A stretch of 64,000 nucleotides of DNA. Origin: Octopus bimaculoides (taxonomy: Eukaryota). The position numbers and the translations under genes were made by a program. Position 1 is the first letter of the stretch; every line of letters starts with the position of its first letter. Shown one piece after another: positions 25,732 to 38,264 of this stretch. The notes under the pieces were generated by a model. It searched no databases. It had not been told where the DNA came from and saw only the letters and a list, made by a program, of their open reading frames with translations. The stretch is taken from assembly GCF_001194135.2 (NCBI RefSeq), contig NC_068983.1:32324736-32388735 (forward strand), written 5' to 3'.

Positions 25732-27275
25732 TACATGTACACACACACACATGTATATACCTATATTGTTGGCTGCTTATTGTGTAGCAGTATCCTCAAC
25801 ATTTTACAATTGGTAAACACAATCACTGGAGTTAAAATTGCACAGATAACAAAAGAATATAATAGTGTCTTAATTAAACTCTCTTGCATACACTCACATA
25901 CACACATGTGTATGCGATTGTGTGTTTAAGTTTTTGTGTATATCTTTCAGAAAGAAAGCCAATAAAATAGTGCTTTCAAATAAAAATTCCTTGTGTGATG
26001 TTTGTTCTTCTCTTACTGCTCTAAGTGCAGTTAACCTGTCATTGATCCTGTAACAAACAGGACTATTGTTAAAAAATTGCACCATAAAGTAATAATAGAT
26101 AAATAAGCATTGACATCATGTTACTTGTTATTTATTTTATTTATATGGCGATTATGTTTATTACTGTACAGATATCTTCACTTTATTGTATGTGCCACCA
26201 CAATTAAAATATTACATTCCCCTTAATAAGTTATGCTGGATTTTGTCCTTTTGGTGGACAACTTGATTAATTAATTTTCTTTAATTAAACACTCTGAAAC
26301 TTCGGATGCTGGTAGAACGTGTCATATAGAACATCCGTTATGCTAATAGTTAAAAGCAGTTAAGACTTTAAAGCTCTTTGGGATGTTGGAGAATCACATG
26401 CTGTGCTTTGAAAGTAAAGTCAAACTGAGGGTTCATGCCTCTATTTCTATTTTAATGGTAGATGGATAAAACTTTTTGGAGATTAAGTTTCTCAGTCAAA
26501 GTTGTAACCACAGCTCCACACTGTTGATGAAATATGAAATTTTTAAGTACTTCCATTGGTGGTTTGACACTCATATTGCCATGACCAGCTGTTGTTCTTG
26601 AATGGGGTTATGATTGACACTAATCTGTTTTATTTTGCAGCTGATAAATGCAAACAAATAGGTATAGATGGGAGAAGGTGTCTTATCTTCTACCCAGTTG
26701 TATAGAAATTTAAGATAAGAAACAATTAAGCCATATGAGTCATTGTGGTTTAAAAAGAGATTAATGATTGTATGCAAGAAAGTGAGGTAGAAAACATAAA
26801 TAACACACCTGCTTAACTGAGTTTTGTCCTCTTCATCATTATTATCTTTGTCCATTATAGTGGATTTAAAAGCCTGTTTTTCCATGCTAGAATAAGTTAG
26901 ATGAATCAGTATGCTGAGATCTCATCTTAATCACTGTCTTCTGCCAAAGGTCCCTTCCATTACCAATACACAATATTTTCTTTACTCAGCAATTTCTCCA
27001 TTTGTATTATATATATCTATACAATCAGTTATATTGAGAAGAATACTTCAGTTCTACTGGAAAAAGCACACTCATGTCTGTGTGTATGTGTACACACATG
27101 CACACAATCGTGCACACACACTTGCAAACTTTTACCTTTAAAGGCATTTTGGCTGAAACCATTTCATTCAGTATATTTTTCTGTTTCCAAAATTGCAGGA
27201 TATGATTTGAGGGAGATTTAGTTGCTATTTCTAGAAACTTGAGTGACCACATTAAGGCACCCATGTTGGCCACCA

Positions 27276-27606
27276 ATAACTGGTACTCTGGTAGTTATAA
27301 TGACAAATGTTCCAGTTGGTCTGATCAACAGAACAGCCTGCTCATCAAATTAATGTACAAGTGGCTGAGCACTCTATTGACACATGTACCCTTAATGTAG
27401 TTCTTATAGAGAGTCAGTGTGGCACAGAATGAATGTGACAAGGTTGGCCCTTTGAATTACAAGTACTACTCATTTTTGCCAGCTGACTGGACTGAAGCAT
27501 TGTGAAATAAAATGTCTTGCTCAAGGACAATGTACCACTGGGAACTGAACTCATGACCTTACAATTGTGAGCTGAATACTCCAACCAGTAAGCCATGTGC
27601 CTTCAC
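27276..27606 (-). mobile_element. SINE family C, full length with TSD
   Basis: 12-bp direct repeats tgttggccacca at 27264-27275 and 27607-27618; reverse complement of the 13296-13600 family. Confidence 0.85.
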
Positions 27607-27654
27607 TGTTGGCCACCATTAGCGATCAATTGATACTCTTCAGTCTCTATTGAG

Positions 27655-27966
27655 CAGTGGTTCCCAAAGTGGGTGGTATTGCCCCCCCCCTGGGGGCAGT
27701 GGAAAGTTCCAAGAGGGCGTTGAAGAAAAGTGGGGCAATAATGGGGTAGCGATTTGTGTAAAAGTGGGGTGATAATGGTGCAGTGATTCTTGTAAAAACA
27801 ACAAAATTATAGGTTCATTAGGTGAAGCTTTATTTGTGTAACACAGTTGCTTTGAATTTGCTTCAGAAAGAGGTCTATGTTTGTGATAGTTAGTTGGGGT
27901 GGGGGTGCTAGGAATGTGACCTGGGTGTCAAGGAGGTGGCAGCCTGAAAAAGTTTGGGAATCACTG
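27655..27966. mobile_element. hAT-type MITE
   Basis: TIRs cagtggttcccaaa / tttgggaatcactg; 8-bp TSD ctattgag / ctattgtg (7/8). Confidence 0.85.
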
Positions 27967-29402
27967 CTATTGTGTAACACCTGAGGCCATTGAAGTAGTT
28001 TATTTGAATTTGTATGGATAATTCATAGATCTAGCACTGTGGATATAGCAAAGTCACATCCTGCACGTATTAATGTCTTGGTATTTTTGCTACTGTTGCT
28101 ATTATTTATTTATTGCTTACTACTGCTATTGTCATCATCATCATCATCATTCATAATCATTATGACTTGTGTCAGTGAGAGAACTCTACATGGTCATTTG
28201 ACCTACAAGAAATGACGGCTAAATCTTCCTGAGTCTTAAAAAAAGGACACATGGAATAACTTAATTTTAGATAAATTACAAGAAATACAGATGGACTGGT
28301 CATCGCTGGAATGTCTTTAATCATAGGTCTGTTTATTGGTTGATCAAAACAACAAGAACACCATTATAATATTCTAACTGATATCACTGTTGCTACTGCC
28401 ATATATTCATTTATCAACTGTAACGTCTTCATTATCACCACCACTGCCAGAAGATACTATTGCTATCCTCACATTCACTATCATCTTCATCAACTTCATC
28501 TTTGATATCATCAGTATCATTGTCATGACCATATTTTTACGATGGCTACTGCCATCAACAACTAGCATCATCATCATCATCATCATTGTTGTCATCATCA
28601 GCATCATTATCATCACTATTATCATTGTCAGAATCACTAAATTACAATCATCATTGCATAATGATTGTATAACCCTTAATGTCACCAATTGTCATTATGA
28701 ATCAACAAAGCATCCCCTACTTGGCTCCTTGATCTGCTAGAAATAGCAGTCCATTTTCCCCTCAAATCGCTTTCCTGCTATCTTAATTAATGACATGGGG
28801 AACAATGCAGTCATTGTTCCCTCATGTTCTCCAAAAGAGAGAATGGAATGGTCATAGCTGGAATATATTTCATCATTGGTCTATTTGATCAGGGATGACT
28901 TGGGGCTAAACAACAACAGCCATCATTACACCACTGTGTTATCATACTCATCTTTCTCATAACCCTTACCATCACTACCAATATTAGTTTAGCCTGTGTA
29001 TGTAATCATTTATAAAACCATAGAGTAGTATTTAAGGAAGATTTGGTTGCAATGTCTTGTAAGTTCTGTGACTGTGTAGGCATCCTCAATATTTTAGTTA
29101 TTGGTGGAATGTTAAAATTGGTTATGAAACACGTGTAGTCGTTTTATTATCATTATCTTATGATATTTACTTTGTATTATACTTATTTATTGTACTTATT
29201 AATTTTTCTATATGTGACAGTGGATTTTCATTGATGAGTTCATGAATCTTGGTTCTTTTCTCTAAAACTATATATTTATATATATTTTATACTGTGAAAC
29301 TTAATTTAATTTCAATTTTTAATAAATTGAATTTAATTGAGTTTTTACATGTAAATTTGGATTTTTATCCCTAATATTATTATTATTATTATTATTATTA
29401 TA

Positions 29403-29440
<38 letters not shown>

Positions 29441-29460
29441 AAAAACAAATAGTAAATGAG

Positions 29461-29635
29461 TATATGCATATATATGTACAGGTATGTGCATACCGACATC
29501 CACCTGTATGTATAGGTGCATATCTGGGTACAGGACATTGCAAACAAAACAGACGAGAAAACACACAAGCCACATAGAGAACATTCTACTTCATCAGCTA
29601 CCCCCGTTTTAACACCGGCGTTTTGAAGATAGCTA
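29461..29635 (-). repeat. Second copy of the repeat at 100-296
   Basis: Shared blocks listed for 100-296; flanked by (TA)n and (GATA)n. Confidence 0.6.
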
Positions 29636-31306
29636 GATAGATAGATAGTAAAGAAGTGTATTCCTATGCAAGAAAAAATATAGAATTTGTTTTGGGGTTT
29701 GAAAATGCACCTGAATCTCAAAACGTGTAGCTATATTATAAAGTTTCAAACCCTAAAACAAATTCCCCTATATATATAGATAAACACACTTTTTAGCTTA
29801 CATCCAATAAATTTCACTGGGCATTAGTCGAACTGAGTGTAAGGTAGACTTGACTAAGTCATCATTGCTCAGTAGGATCAAAGCCAAAGCTTATGCTTGT
29901 GAAATGACTTTCTTAGCCTTGCAGCTCTTGTCAAATCTAACACATTTCTTTAATACTCATTTCTGTTGCTCTATGTACTCAATTCTGTTGCTTTCTGATA
30001 AAATCTTCCCCAATATTTTTTCTTTGTTTTATCTCACTTTTATTTTTTTGATTGGGGTAAGTTTCTTTTTTCATGTGATTAAAAACAACAGACAAATAGT
30101 TTTGTAAGTTATTTAGTCGGTATATTTCTGTACAAGCAGAAACATGTATTTCCCCAAGATGTTATCTATAAATTGTTTTGGCAACTGTTGCTTTGGAACA
30201 ACTGATTTTTGTCAGTGCAATTAATTTTCTTTTTTTATATAGTTATTTTCACTCTGACTAATATTATTATATTTTGTATTTGTAATCCTGAGGAAGAAGA
30301 GTAGCACCTATAGCTTTCTTAAGGATTTTTGATAATTGGGTAAAATCAGTGCAACTAGTGTTTAGTTTGAATTGTTTCCAGGTTACTGGCTTTAGAGGCG
30401 TGGTTTTGAGTTATCAGAAAAGTACACATACGAGAAAAACATATTTAGATAAAGGATTGGTACTAACAGGTGAAAGGTGTTATGAACAGAGGGAGAAAGT
30501 GTATGCAGCATGTTTCAGATATTAGGAATTTTGGAACAACACCTATAGCAGTTACTGTATAAGTTAAAGGAGGACACAGCCCAACTTTAAGTTAATGCTT
30601 TGAGAATGTTTTTATAAAAAGGAACCTTCCCTCACATGACCTTTCAATAAACTTTAAATATTTTCTTCCCTCATCACAAATGAACATACTTCATATTTTG
30701 ATTTTAATGTATTGACTTTTCAAAAGTAGATCACTACTAGTTTCTTTGCATTCAAGTGGTTATATATGATTACCTCTGGTGGTCAGCTTTTTCTTCACTA
30801 CAATCAGTCTGGTACATGTATATGTGGTGGATAATTATACATATAAAAGCTGTACTGCATTGTGGAATAAATTTGTGCCTCTTAAACAGAAAAGTGCCTT
30901 TCTGCAACCAGTTCATCCTCTCATTTTAACTTGCTTATACTGTTTAATATGTTTTCACTTTAGATTTCTTTAAATTTCTAGTTATAGTTTATTACTAGAT
31001 AGAGAATTTTTCATTATCCACATCTTGATGTTCATAACTTATAATTTTGTTTACTTCACTTTGCTGACAAACAGACGGGGTTAATTTCTATGTCACAGTT
31101 GTGTGGTTATTGGTAAGAAGCAAATCCAACTTTTAAAAGATAACATAACTTTTTAAGTAAAAGTGTATCCCATTCATACCAACGTGAAACAGTAAATAAA
31201 TCTAAGAAAATAAAAAATCCCATATTGTGATGTAATACAATGTTTTAATTATATTACTTTCTTGAAAAATATATTACTGAAATATTTTTATTTTCATTTG
31301 TTTCAG

Positions 31307-31331
31307 AGAGAAGGACATTGAGTTAATTAAG
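31307..31331 (+). CDS. ITPK1: ITPK1 (inositol-tetrakisphosphate 1-kinase) 25-nt coding micro-exon
   Basis: Acceptor ttttcatttgtttcAG, donor GTaagg. One nt completes the upstream codon, then EKDIELIK. It joins in frame to the 46845 exon and aligns with human RKRGMEVVQ. Confidence 0.85.
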
Positions 31332-31834
31332 GTAAGGTTAACATTTTAATACATACATAGATGTAATTAAGGTAAGGTTTACTTTTTAATACATATACAA
31401 ATATAGATTTATAGTGTAATATATGGATTCATTGAATCATGTGACTATCACAGAAAGCTCTTCTAGCAGACCCAGCTAGCAGACTACATAGTAATCCAAT
31501 ACAGAGGAGTATAGTGCAGAATTCTATGCAGCTGAAATCCAGGAGATCCAATTGGTGAAATAATTTAATGATGCATATATAAGCCATAAAAAGTCAGGAA
31601 GTATGAGAAGTGAATATATTTATTTAACCATTTGTCATCCTTAGGATCATGGCCATTTCCCAGCCTCTATTATATGATAAAAGTTTCAGTGTATGATAAA
31701 TTATCATAGATGTCTGCACTAATATGCATGCTACATATCATACACTGCAATTGTACATTTACAGATCAGTGCAGATAAAGAAAGCAAGCTCACCAGATCA
31801 CTAGAACATGATGGTTACACCAATGGCTTCAACT

Positions 31835-31995
31835 CTATTATTTGAGTCTTTATGTTCTGAGTTCAAATTCCACTGAGGTCAGCTTCGCCTTTCATCCTTT
31901 TGGAGTTGATAAATTAAGTACCACTGAAACACTGGGGTCGATGTAATCGACTAATCCCCTCCCCTAAAATTTCAGGCCTTATACTTTTAGTAGAA
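31835..31995 (+). mobile_element. SINE family B copy
   Basis: tgttctgagttcaaattccactgagg...gataaattaagtaccactgaaacactggggtcgatgtaatcgac with an (ATT)n tail. Confidence 0.8.
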
Positions 31996-32049
31996 AGGAT
32001 TATTATTATTATCATTTACTTTTAATCTGCATGTTTGTTAGCATCCCTA

Positions 32050-34192
32050 GTGTTTTGGATTGCAAGACTGTGTGTGAAAATTGTGATGTCATAAGAGAGA
32101 AATGTGTCCATATGGATGATGGTGCACTTGCATGTAATGATTCTGCAAAGAAAGAGGCTTGGAAATGCTATTATGAAAACTGATGAACTTAGAGAATGAG
32201 TGGGAGGAGGAATCTGCTCAATGTTGACCCAATTGAGGGATTGGTTACTCAAATCAACAGTTCCATGGTAGGTAAAGCTACTAGGGATATGAAGACAGGA
32301 AAAGCCCCCCAGCCCATCAGGAATCTCTGCTGAGATGTTTAAAATATCTGGCGGTGTGGGTTATGGTCTAGTCACTCATATTGTAAATTAGGTGGTAGCA
32401 GCACCATAGTCAACTGTTACAAAGGTAAAGGTGTTACCTAGACAGAAATAATTGCAGAGGTATCAAATTGCTGGATCAGGTGATGACAGTTACAGAGAGA
32501 GCCATAGCTCAACTAACTAGGGAGAGAGTTAGTTTAGATGAGATGCAATTTAGTTTTGTGCCAGTGAGACAGCTGCAGGATAAATTCATAGCTGAAGATA
32601 AGCCTCTGTACTTGGTCTTTGTTGATTTGGAGAAAGCTTTTGACAGGGTCCTCCAGTCCCTTATCTGGTGGTCAATGCAGAAACTAGTGATAGACGAGTG
32701 GTTGGTGAGTGCTGTACAAGCTATGTACAGGGATGCTACCAGTAAGGTGAGGATTGGCAATGAGTACAGTGAAGAATTTAGGGTACAAGTAGGGGTTCAC
32801 CAAGGATTCGTGCTCAACCTCCTCTTGTTCATCATTGCCCTCCAGGCAATAACAGGAATTTAAGACAGGCTGCCTCTGGGAGCTCTTTTATGCTGATGAC
32901 CTTGCTCTTATAGCTGAATCACTACCTGAACTAGAGAAGTTCCAGGTTTGGAAGCAAGGTCTAGAATCAAAGAGCCTTAGAAGTAACCTAACAAAAACCA
33001 GTCTTAGTAAGTAGGAAGACAGACAAATCGCAAATCCTTTCAGGTAGATGGCCCTGCTCAATCTGTAGAAAAGGTATAGGTTGAAACTCCATAAGATGCA
33101 CCCAGTGTAAACTTAGGACATAAAAAGCGCAGCAATATCAGAGGAAGGTTAACAGAGAAACTAGTCTTTGTATGTGGAAGATGCACGCTGAAAATGGGCA
33201 AAAATTAGACTCCATCAACTGAAGGGTGGGGGTGGAGCTAGAAGTAGATAGCTTCCGTTATCTAGGTGACCAAGCTAGTAGTGGAGGTGGATGCTCCGAG
33301 AGCATATCTGTGAGAATAAGATTATGCTGGGCAAAGTTCAGAGAGCTCCTACCCCTGCTGGCAGTAAAGGGCCTCTTTCTCTCAGAGTGAAAGGCAGATT
33401 GTTTGATGCCTGTGTGTGAACAGCTATGCTACATGGCAGTGAAACATGGGCTATAACAGCCAAGGACACGCATAGGCTCAAAATGAAGCTAGTATGCTTC
33501 ACTGGATATGCAATGTAGGTGTGCATGTTCAACAGAGTGTAAGCATCTTGAGAGAAAAGTTAGGCGTAAGAGGCATCAGATGTGGTGTGCAAGAGAGATG
33601 ACTATGCTAGTATGGTCATGTGATGCATATGGACATCTATGTAAAGAAGTGCTGATCTCTAACTGTGGAGGGAACCTGTTGTAGAGGTAGACCCAGGAAG
33701 ACATGGAACGAGGTGGTGAAGTATGATTTTCGAACTTTGAACCTCACAGAGGCAATGACTAGTGACTGAGACCTTTGGTGATATGCTGTACTTGAGAGGA
33801 CCCGTAAAGCCAAGTGCACCCACACTGTTGGCATGTAAAGAACACCTTCTGAGCATTGGACCTTATGGAGGCAAAGTGGCCAAGTTCCTTTCAAGTGTTG
33901 GGCCTCATGGAGGCAATGACTGAAACCTTTGATATTACGTTGTACTTGAGAAGGAGACCCTTCAAGCTGAGCAACATCACATTCGTGGCAGGTACCAGTG
34001 TCATGCAAATTGGCACCTGTGCCGGTGGCACATAAAAACATCCATTACACTCTTGGAGTGGTTGGCATAAGGAAGGGCATCCGGCTATAGAAAGCCATGC
34101 CAAATCAGACTGAAGTCTGGTGCAACCCTCCAGCATGCCAGCTTGGTCAATCCGTACAACCCATGCCAGTATGGACAACGGATGTTAAATGA
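32050..34192 (+). mobile_element. 5'-truncated, decayed RTE LINE (RT domain, C-terminus and 3' tail)
   Basis: KPLYLVFVDLEKAFDRV..VQVGVHQGFVLNLLLFIIALQ (32468-32863); WELFYADDL at ~32877-32903; C-terminal WNEVVKYDFR; tail ends in (ATT)n; several stops/frameshifts. Confidence 0.92.
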
Positions 34193-34212
34193 TTATTATT
34201 ATTGTTATTATT

Positions 34213-34650
34213 AAGGTGGTGAGCTGGCGGAATCTTTAACATGCTGGGCAAAATGCTTAGTGGCATTTTGTCCATCTTCATGTTCTGAGTTCAACTTTAT
34301 CTTTTATCCTTTTGGGGTTGATAAATTAAGTACCAGTTGAGTACTGGGGTTGATGTAATTGACTAGTCCCTTCCTCTAAAGTTGCTGTCCTTGTGCCAAA
34401 ATTTGAAACCATTATTATTACTATAATTATTATTATTAAGGTGGTGAGCTGATAGAATCATTAGCATGCTGAGCAAAATGCTTTGTGGCATTTTGTCCGT
34501 CTTTATGTTCTGAGTTCAAATTCCACTGAAGTTGGCTTTGTCTTTTATCCCTTTGGGGTCGATAAAATAAGTACCAGTTGAACACTGGGGTCGATGTAAT
34601 TGACTCATCCCTTCCCTCAAAATTGCTGCCTTTGTGGCAAAATTTGAAGC
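34213..34650 (+). mobile_element. Two tandem SINE family B copies (34213-34410, 34437-34650)
   Basis: Each starts aaggtggtgagctg, carries the gataaa(a/t)taagtaccag core and ends in (ATT)n. Confidence 0.85.
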
Positions 34651-34655
34651 CATTA

Positions 34656-34687
<32 letters not shown>

Positions 34688-35734
34688 TCTTCTTCTTTTC
34701 ATGGAACACCACAGTTTAGTGATTTCTTTGGCATTAAGATGAGAGACAGATTTCACTTTGAATTGAATACCAGACTAATTTAGTTAATTTTTGAAGTGGA
34801 TGGAATTGAATCCATCCCTTCGAGGTTATGGAATTAAAAGAAAAGATTACAGGATTGATTACAACAAGAAGTGGATTTTAACTTCTGGTGCCCACTTACA
34901 GCTCAGTGAACTGTGTCAATAAGAATTTCATGTTTCTGCATCACACACAATTTTAAAGTTCTGAAGTTTTTCAATTTAGAAGGTTAAAAATATTGACACA
35001 GACAACATGTTTCCTCTCTTTAGTGAGTTGCTTGGACTTAGTCCATGTTCTGTTAAAAATGAAAGTACTCTATGTTGCTAGTAATGCAACAGAATTAGAT
35101 TTAAAAATCTAGTCTTCAGAGATATGACATTGCTAATCACAATAATGATTTCTAACATTGGCTCAAGTCTACAAATTAAGGGCTAGAGCACATTTAATTA
35201 AATCAACCCCAATACTTGTCTGGTGTTTATTTTATTAACAGCAGATGGCTGAAAGGGGGTTAAACCTGGTGGGATTTAAACTTGGAACTAAATACCACAG
35301 GACATTTTGTTTGGCACTCTATTGTACCATTCACTAATAATAGTTTTTATCTTGATCAAAACAATCTTTGCATTTAGTATCAAAGAAATGATCTAGGAAT
35401 GTCTTTGTTATATCTATGTATCTATGTTGTGCTGCTTTTGCAAATGTGTCTTCTAGTTTGTACCTTCCTTACATGCTGTTTTCTGTCACTAAATACTTCC
35501 TAAACTGAATAGATACCTGTTTAAATTTTCTTTCTCAGATCAGCTTACCATCAATTGTAAATCCCAACTCATAACTAATTCTGTAAACAAGTGCCTTGTA
35601 AGCTTTTTATGTGAAACTTCTAGATACTATATGTAAAATATTCTACTTAAACTCGCTGTTCAAGCCATGTACTTGAGACCAGTAGAGACTACCAGCTGAA
35701 ACCGTGAATTATTGTCATTACCATTTTATGCTTG

Positions 35735-36284
35735 TAGTTGTATGCTGTCAACTTAATGTGACAGTCCCCCGAAGGGAATAATACTACTGTTGGTTAGACC
35801 CAGGAAGCTGCACTGCTTCCTGTCGGCCTTATTCCCTTCGGGGGACTGTCACATTAAGATGACAGCATGCAACTACTTCATCGTATCACTACTGCATAAA
35901 TCTCTCAGAGATTTAGAAATGTATTATTTCTAAATTTGAAATCAGTGAATGTATTTCACTAGAATTATTATAGGTTTACAAGTGCTTGACAGGCATCTTT
36001 GACTAACAGTTCATGCTACTCCAGACTGATGACGAGCAAAGACTCAGAAACATGTCTCTGGATGCAGGCTTAGCTGGGTGGAGGTGCTTGTCTCCCCCTT
36101 GTAAACATAAGGACACAGGAAATGTGTCAAGGCCGACAGGAAGCGGTGCAGCTTCCTAGGTCTAACCAACAGTAGTATTATTCCCTTCGGGGGACTGTGA
36201 CATTAAGTTGACAGCATACAACTACTTCCTTGTATCACTACTGCATAAATCTCTCAGAGATTTAGAAATGTATTATTTCTATAC
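35735..36284 (+). mobile_element. Non-autonomous Penelope-like / retrozyme-like insertion carrying a hammerhead ribozyme
   Basis: TSD tttatgcttg at 35725-35734 and 36285-36294; 35734-35830 is the reverse complement of 36129-36225; 35829-35932 repeats directly at 36178-36281 (period 349); no ORF. Confidence 0.8.
36020..36062 (+). ncRNA. Minimal type I hammerhead ribozyme
   Basis: tccaga-CTGATGA-c-gag(caaaga)ctc-a-GAA-ac(at)gt-C-tctgga. Stem I is 6 bp perfect, core is intact, triplet is GUC (cut after 36056), helix III is the palindrome ACAUGU, and 10.1/11.1 is a C-A mismatch. Confidence 0.75.
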
Positions 36285-37434
36285 TTTATGCTTGCTTTCC
36301 ATGCTGAATGGTTTGGATGAATTATGGTTGGAGTCAGGGTGTATTTGGGGGTACTACTTACTTGGATCAGTTGGAAGAACCACATTTTACTTGTATTTCA
36401 TTTTTGGTTTGGTTTCTGTGGCTGGATACCCTTCCTAAAACGTTTTATGTTATTTAGTTACAACACTGTACATTCTGAGTTCACATTCTGAGTTTGCATT
36501 TCATCCTCTCTGGGTTGATAAAATATATACCAGTCAAATACTGAAGATGATTTTATTAACTATTCTCTATCTCAAAATGTCCTATCTTCTGCCAGTTAGA
36601 AGTCAATATTATTTTGTTGAAAGGGATAACTAATGATGTTGAAACTGTAATTTGTATGTTGTTAAGCTAAATATTATTTCATTTCTTTATGACTTGGGGA
36701 GAGTAAATATGTTTGAGTAACTTAACTAATTAAAACAATGTCTTTGCATCATCCAAGGAAGATTTATATCTCATCCACCTAACACTCTTAAAATTACCCT
36801 CTCCTTAAGGCTTTAGGATGCATTTTATTTTAACATAGTTGTAGTCTAGTTGGATAGTCCAGATAATAACTGTGAAGCTTGTACTTTAATTGGCATTTTT
36901 GTTGTAAGCTTAGACACCTTAAGTTGAACATGGAAGTTGGACAATGACCAATGATCACCCACTGTTGTTTATCCCTCACTACATAATCTAAAGTCAGTCT
37001 ACATTGTTTTGGTTAAGAGTCTGGCAATCTTTTCACAATCGACCTATTACTCTGCAGACATGTCATCACTTGCTCATTACAACATGACTTGAGTTTCAGA
37101 CAAAGTTTATAACAGCGTAGATAAGAGCTTGGCAGTCCTCAGCATGCATCAACAAGCAATACAGCTAAGACAATTGACTACACAATCAATAAAGCAAAAT
37201 TGAATCTGTAACTGGTAATATATAGGTGAAATTGTTGGAATGTATTTCAGATGCTTGAGACTTTGATTATTAAAAGTGTGAAATAAGTCTAAGGATTTTG
37301 AGTTGTTAACACCATCTTGTATATACAGTCAAAGCATAGATATAAGATAATATTCTAGCCTTTCACTAAATGGGGTGGGGGGAAACCAACAACAACAAAA
37401 TCAAACTTTGTTCATGCTTATTTCATTCTCTTTT

Positions 37435-37995
37435 TTTACTCTCTTTTACTTGTTTCAGTCATTTGACTGTGGCCATGCTGGAGCACCGCCTTTAGTCAAG
37501 CAATTCGACCCCGGGACTTATTCTTTGTAAGCCTAGTGCTTATGCTATCGGTCTCTTTTGTCGAACTGCTAAGTTACGGGGACGTAAACAAACACACACG
37601 ACGAGCTTCTTTCAGTTTCCATCTACCAAATCCACTCACAAAGCTTTGGTCAGCCCAAAGCTATAGTAGAAGACACTTGCCCAAGGTGTCACACTGCTAG
37701 CATGGGTTGGACGATTTGACTGAGGACTAGTGAACCAGATGGCTACACCAGGCTCCAATCTGATTTGTCAGAGTTTCTACAGCTGGATGCCCTTCCTAAC
37801 GCCAACCACTCCGAGAGTGTAGTGGGTGCTTTTACGTGCCATCAGCACGAAGGCCGGTCAGGAGGTACTGGCAACGGCCACGCTTGAAATGGTGTTTTTA
37901 CGTGCCACCTGCACAGAAGCCAGTCCAGCAGTACTGGCAACAAACTCGCTCGAATGTCTTTTCATGTGCCACTGGCACAAGTGCCAGGAAGGCGA
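37435..37995 (-). mobile_element. SINE family A 3' part (37435-37695) fused to an RTE 3' tail (37696-37995)
   Basis: Junction gcccaaggtgtcacactg|ctagcatgggttggacg; both parts match other copies in the window. Confidence 0.8.
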
Positions 37996-38264
37996 CATTA
38001 AAACAAAATAGAGACAAAAGGAAAGGAATTTGAGGATTTCATCCTCAAAACTCCCAAGGACAGACTATTAATTAAAATATTGTTGAATGTTTATAAAACT
38101 ATAATAGAAAAATTCCCAGTTAGCATGGGGATTTAAAAAAAAAATCTGTTACTAAAAGGCTGTTGGAAGGACTTTTTGAAAACTTTTTGCCAGTAGAGAG
38201 GCCTGGAACTTACAGGCTTCTCAAAAATCAAGATAAGTAACCTCATTTTCTTTGTCCAACTAGC

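Noticed and set aside
28390-28740. Ile/Met-rich ORFs on both strands (similar at 51700-52100 and 53592-53942)
   Set aside because: These are decayed (CAT)n or CT-rich simple repeats with no codon or domain signal.
31090-31116. ATG...GGT TAT TGG (GYW), and GYWL at 30381-30392, as the ITPK1 N-terminus
   Set aside because: Both hit an in-frame stop immediately (TAA 31114-31116; TAG 30393-30395).
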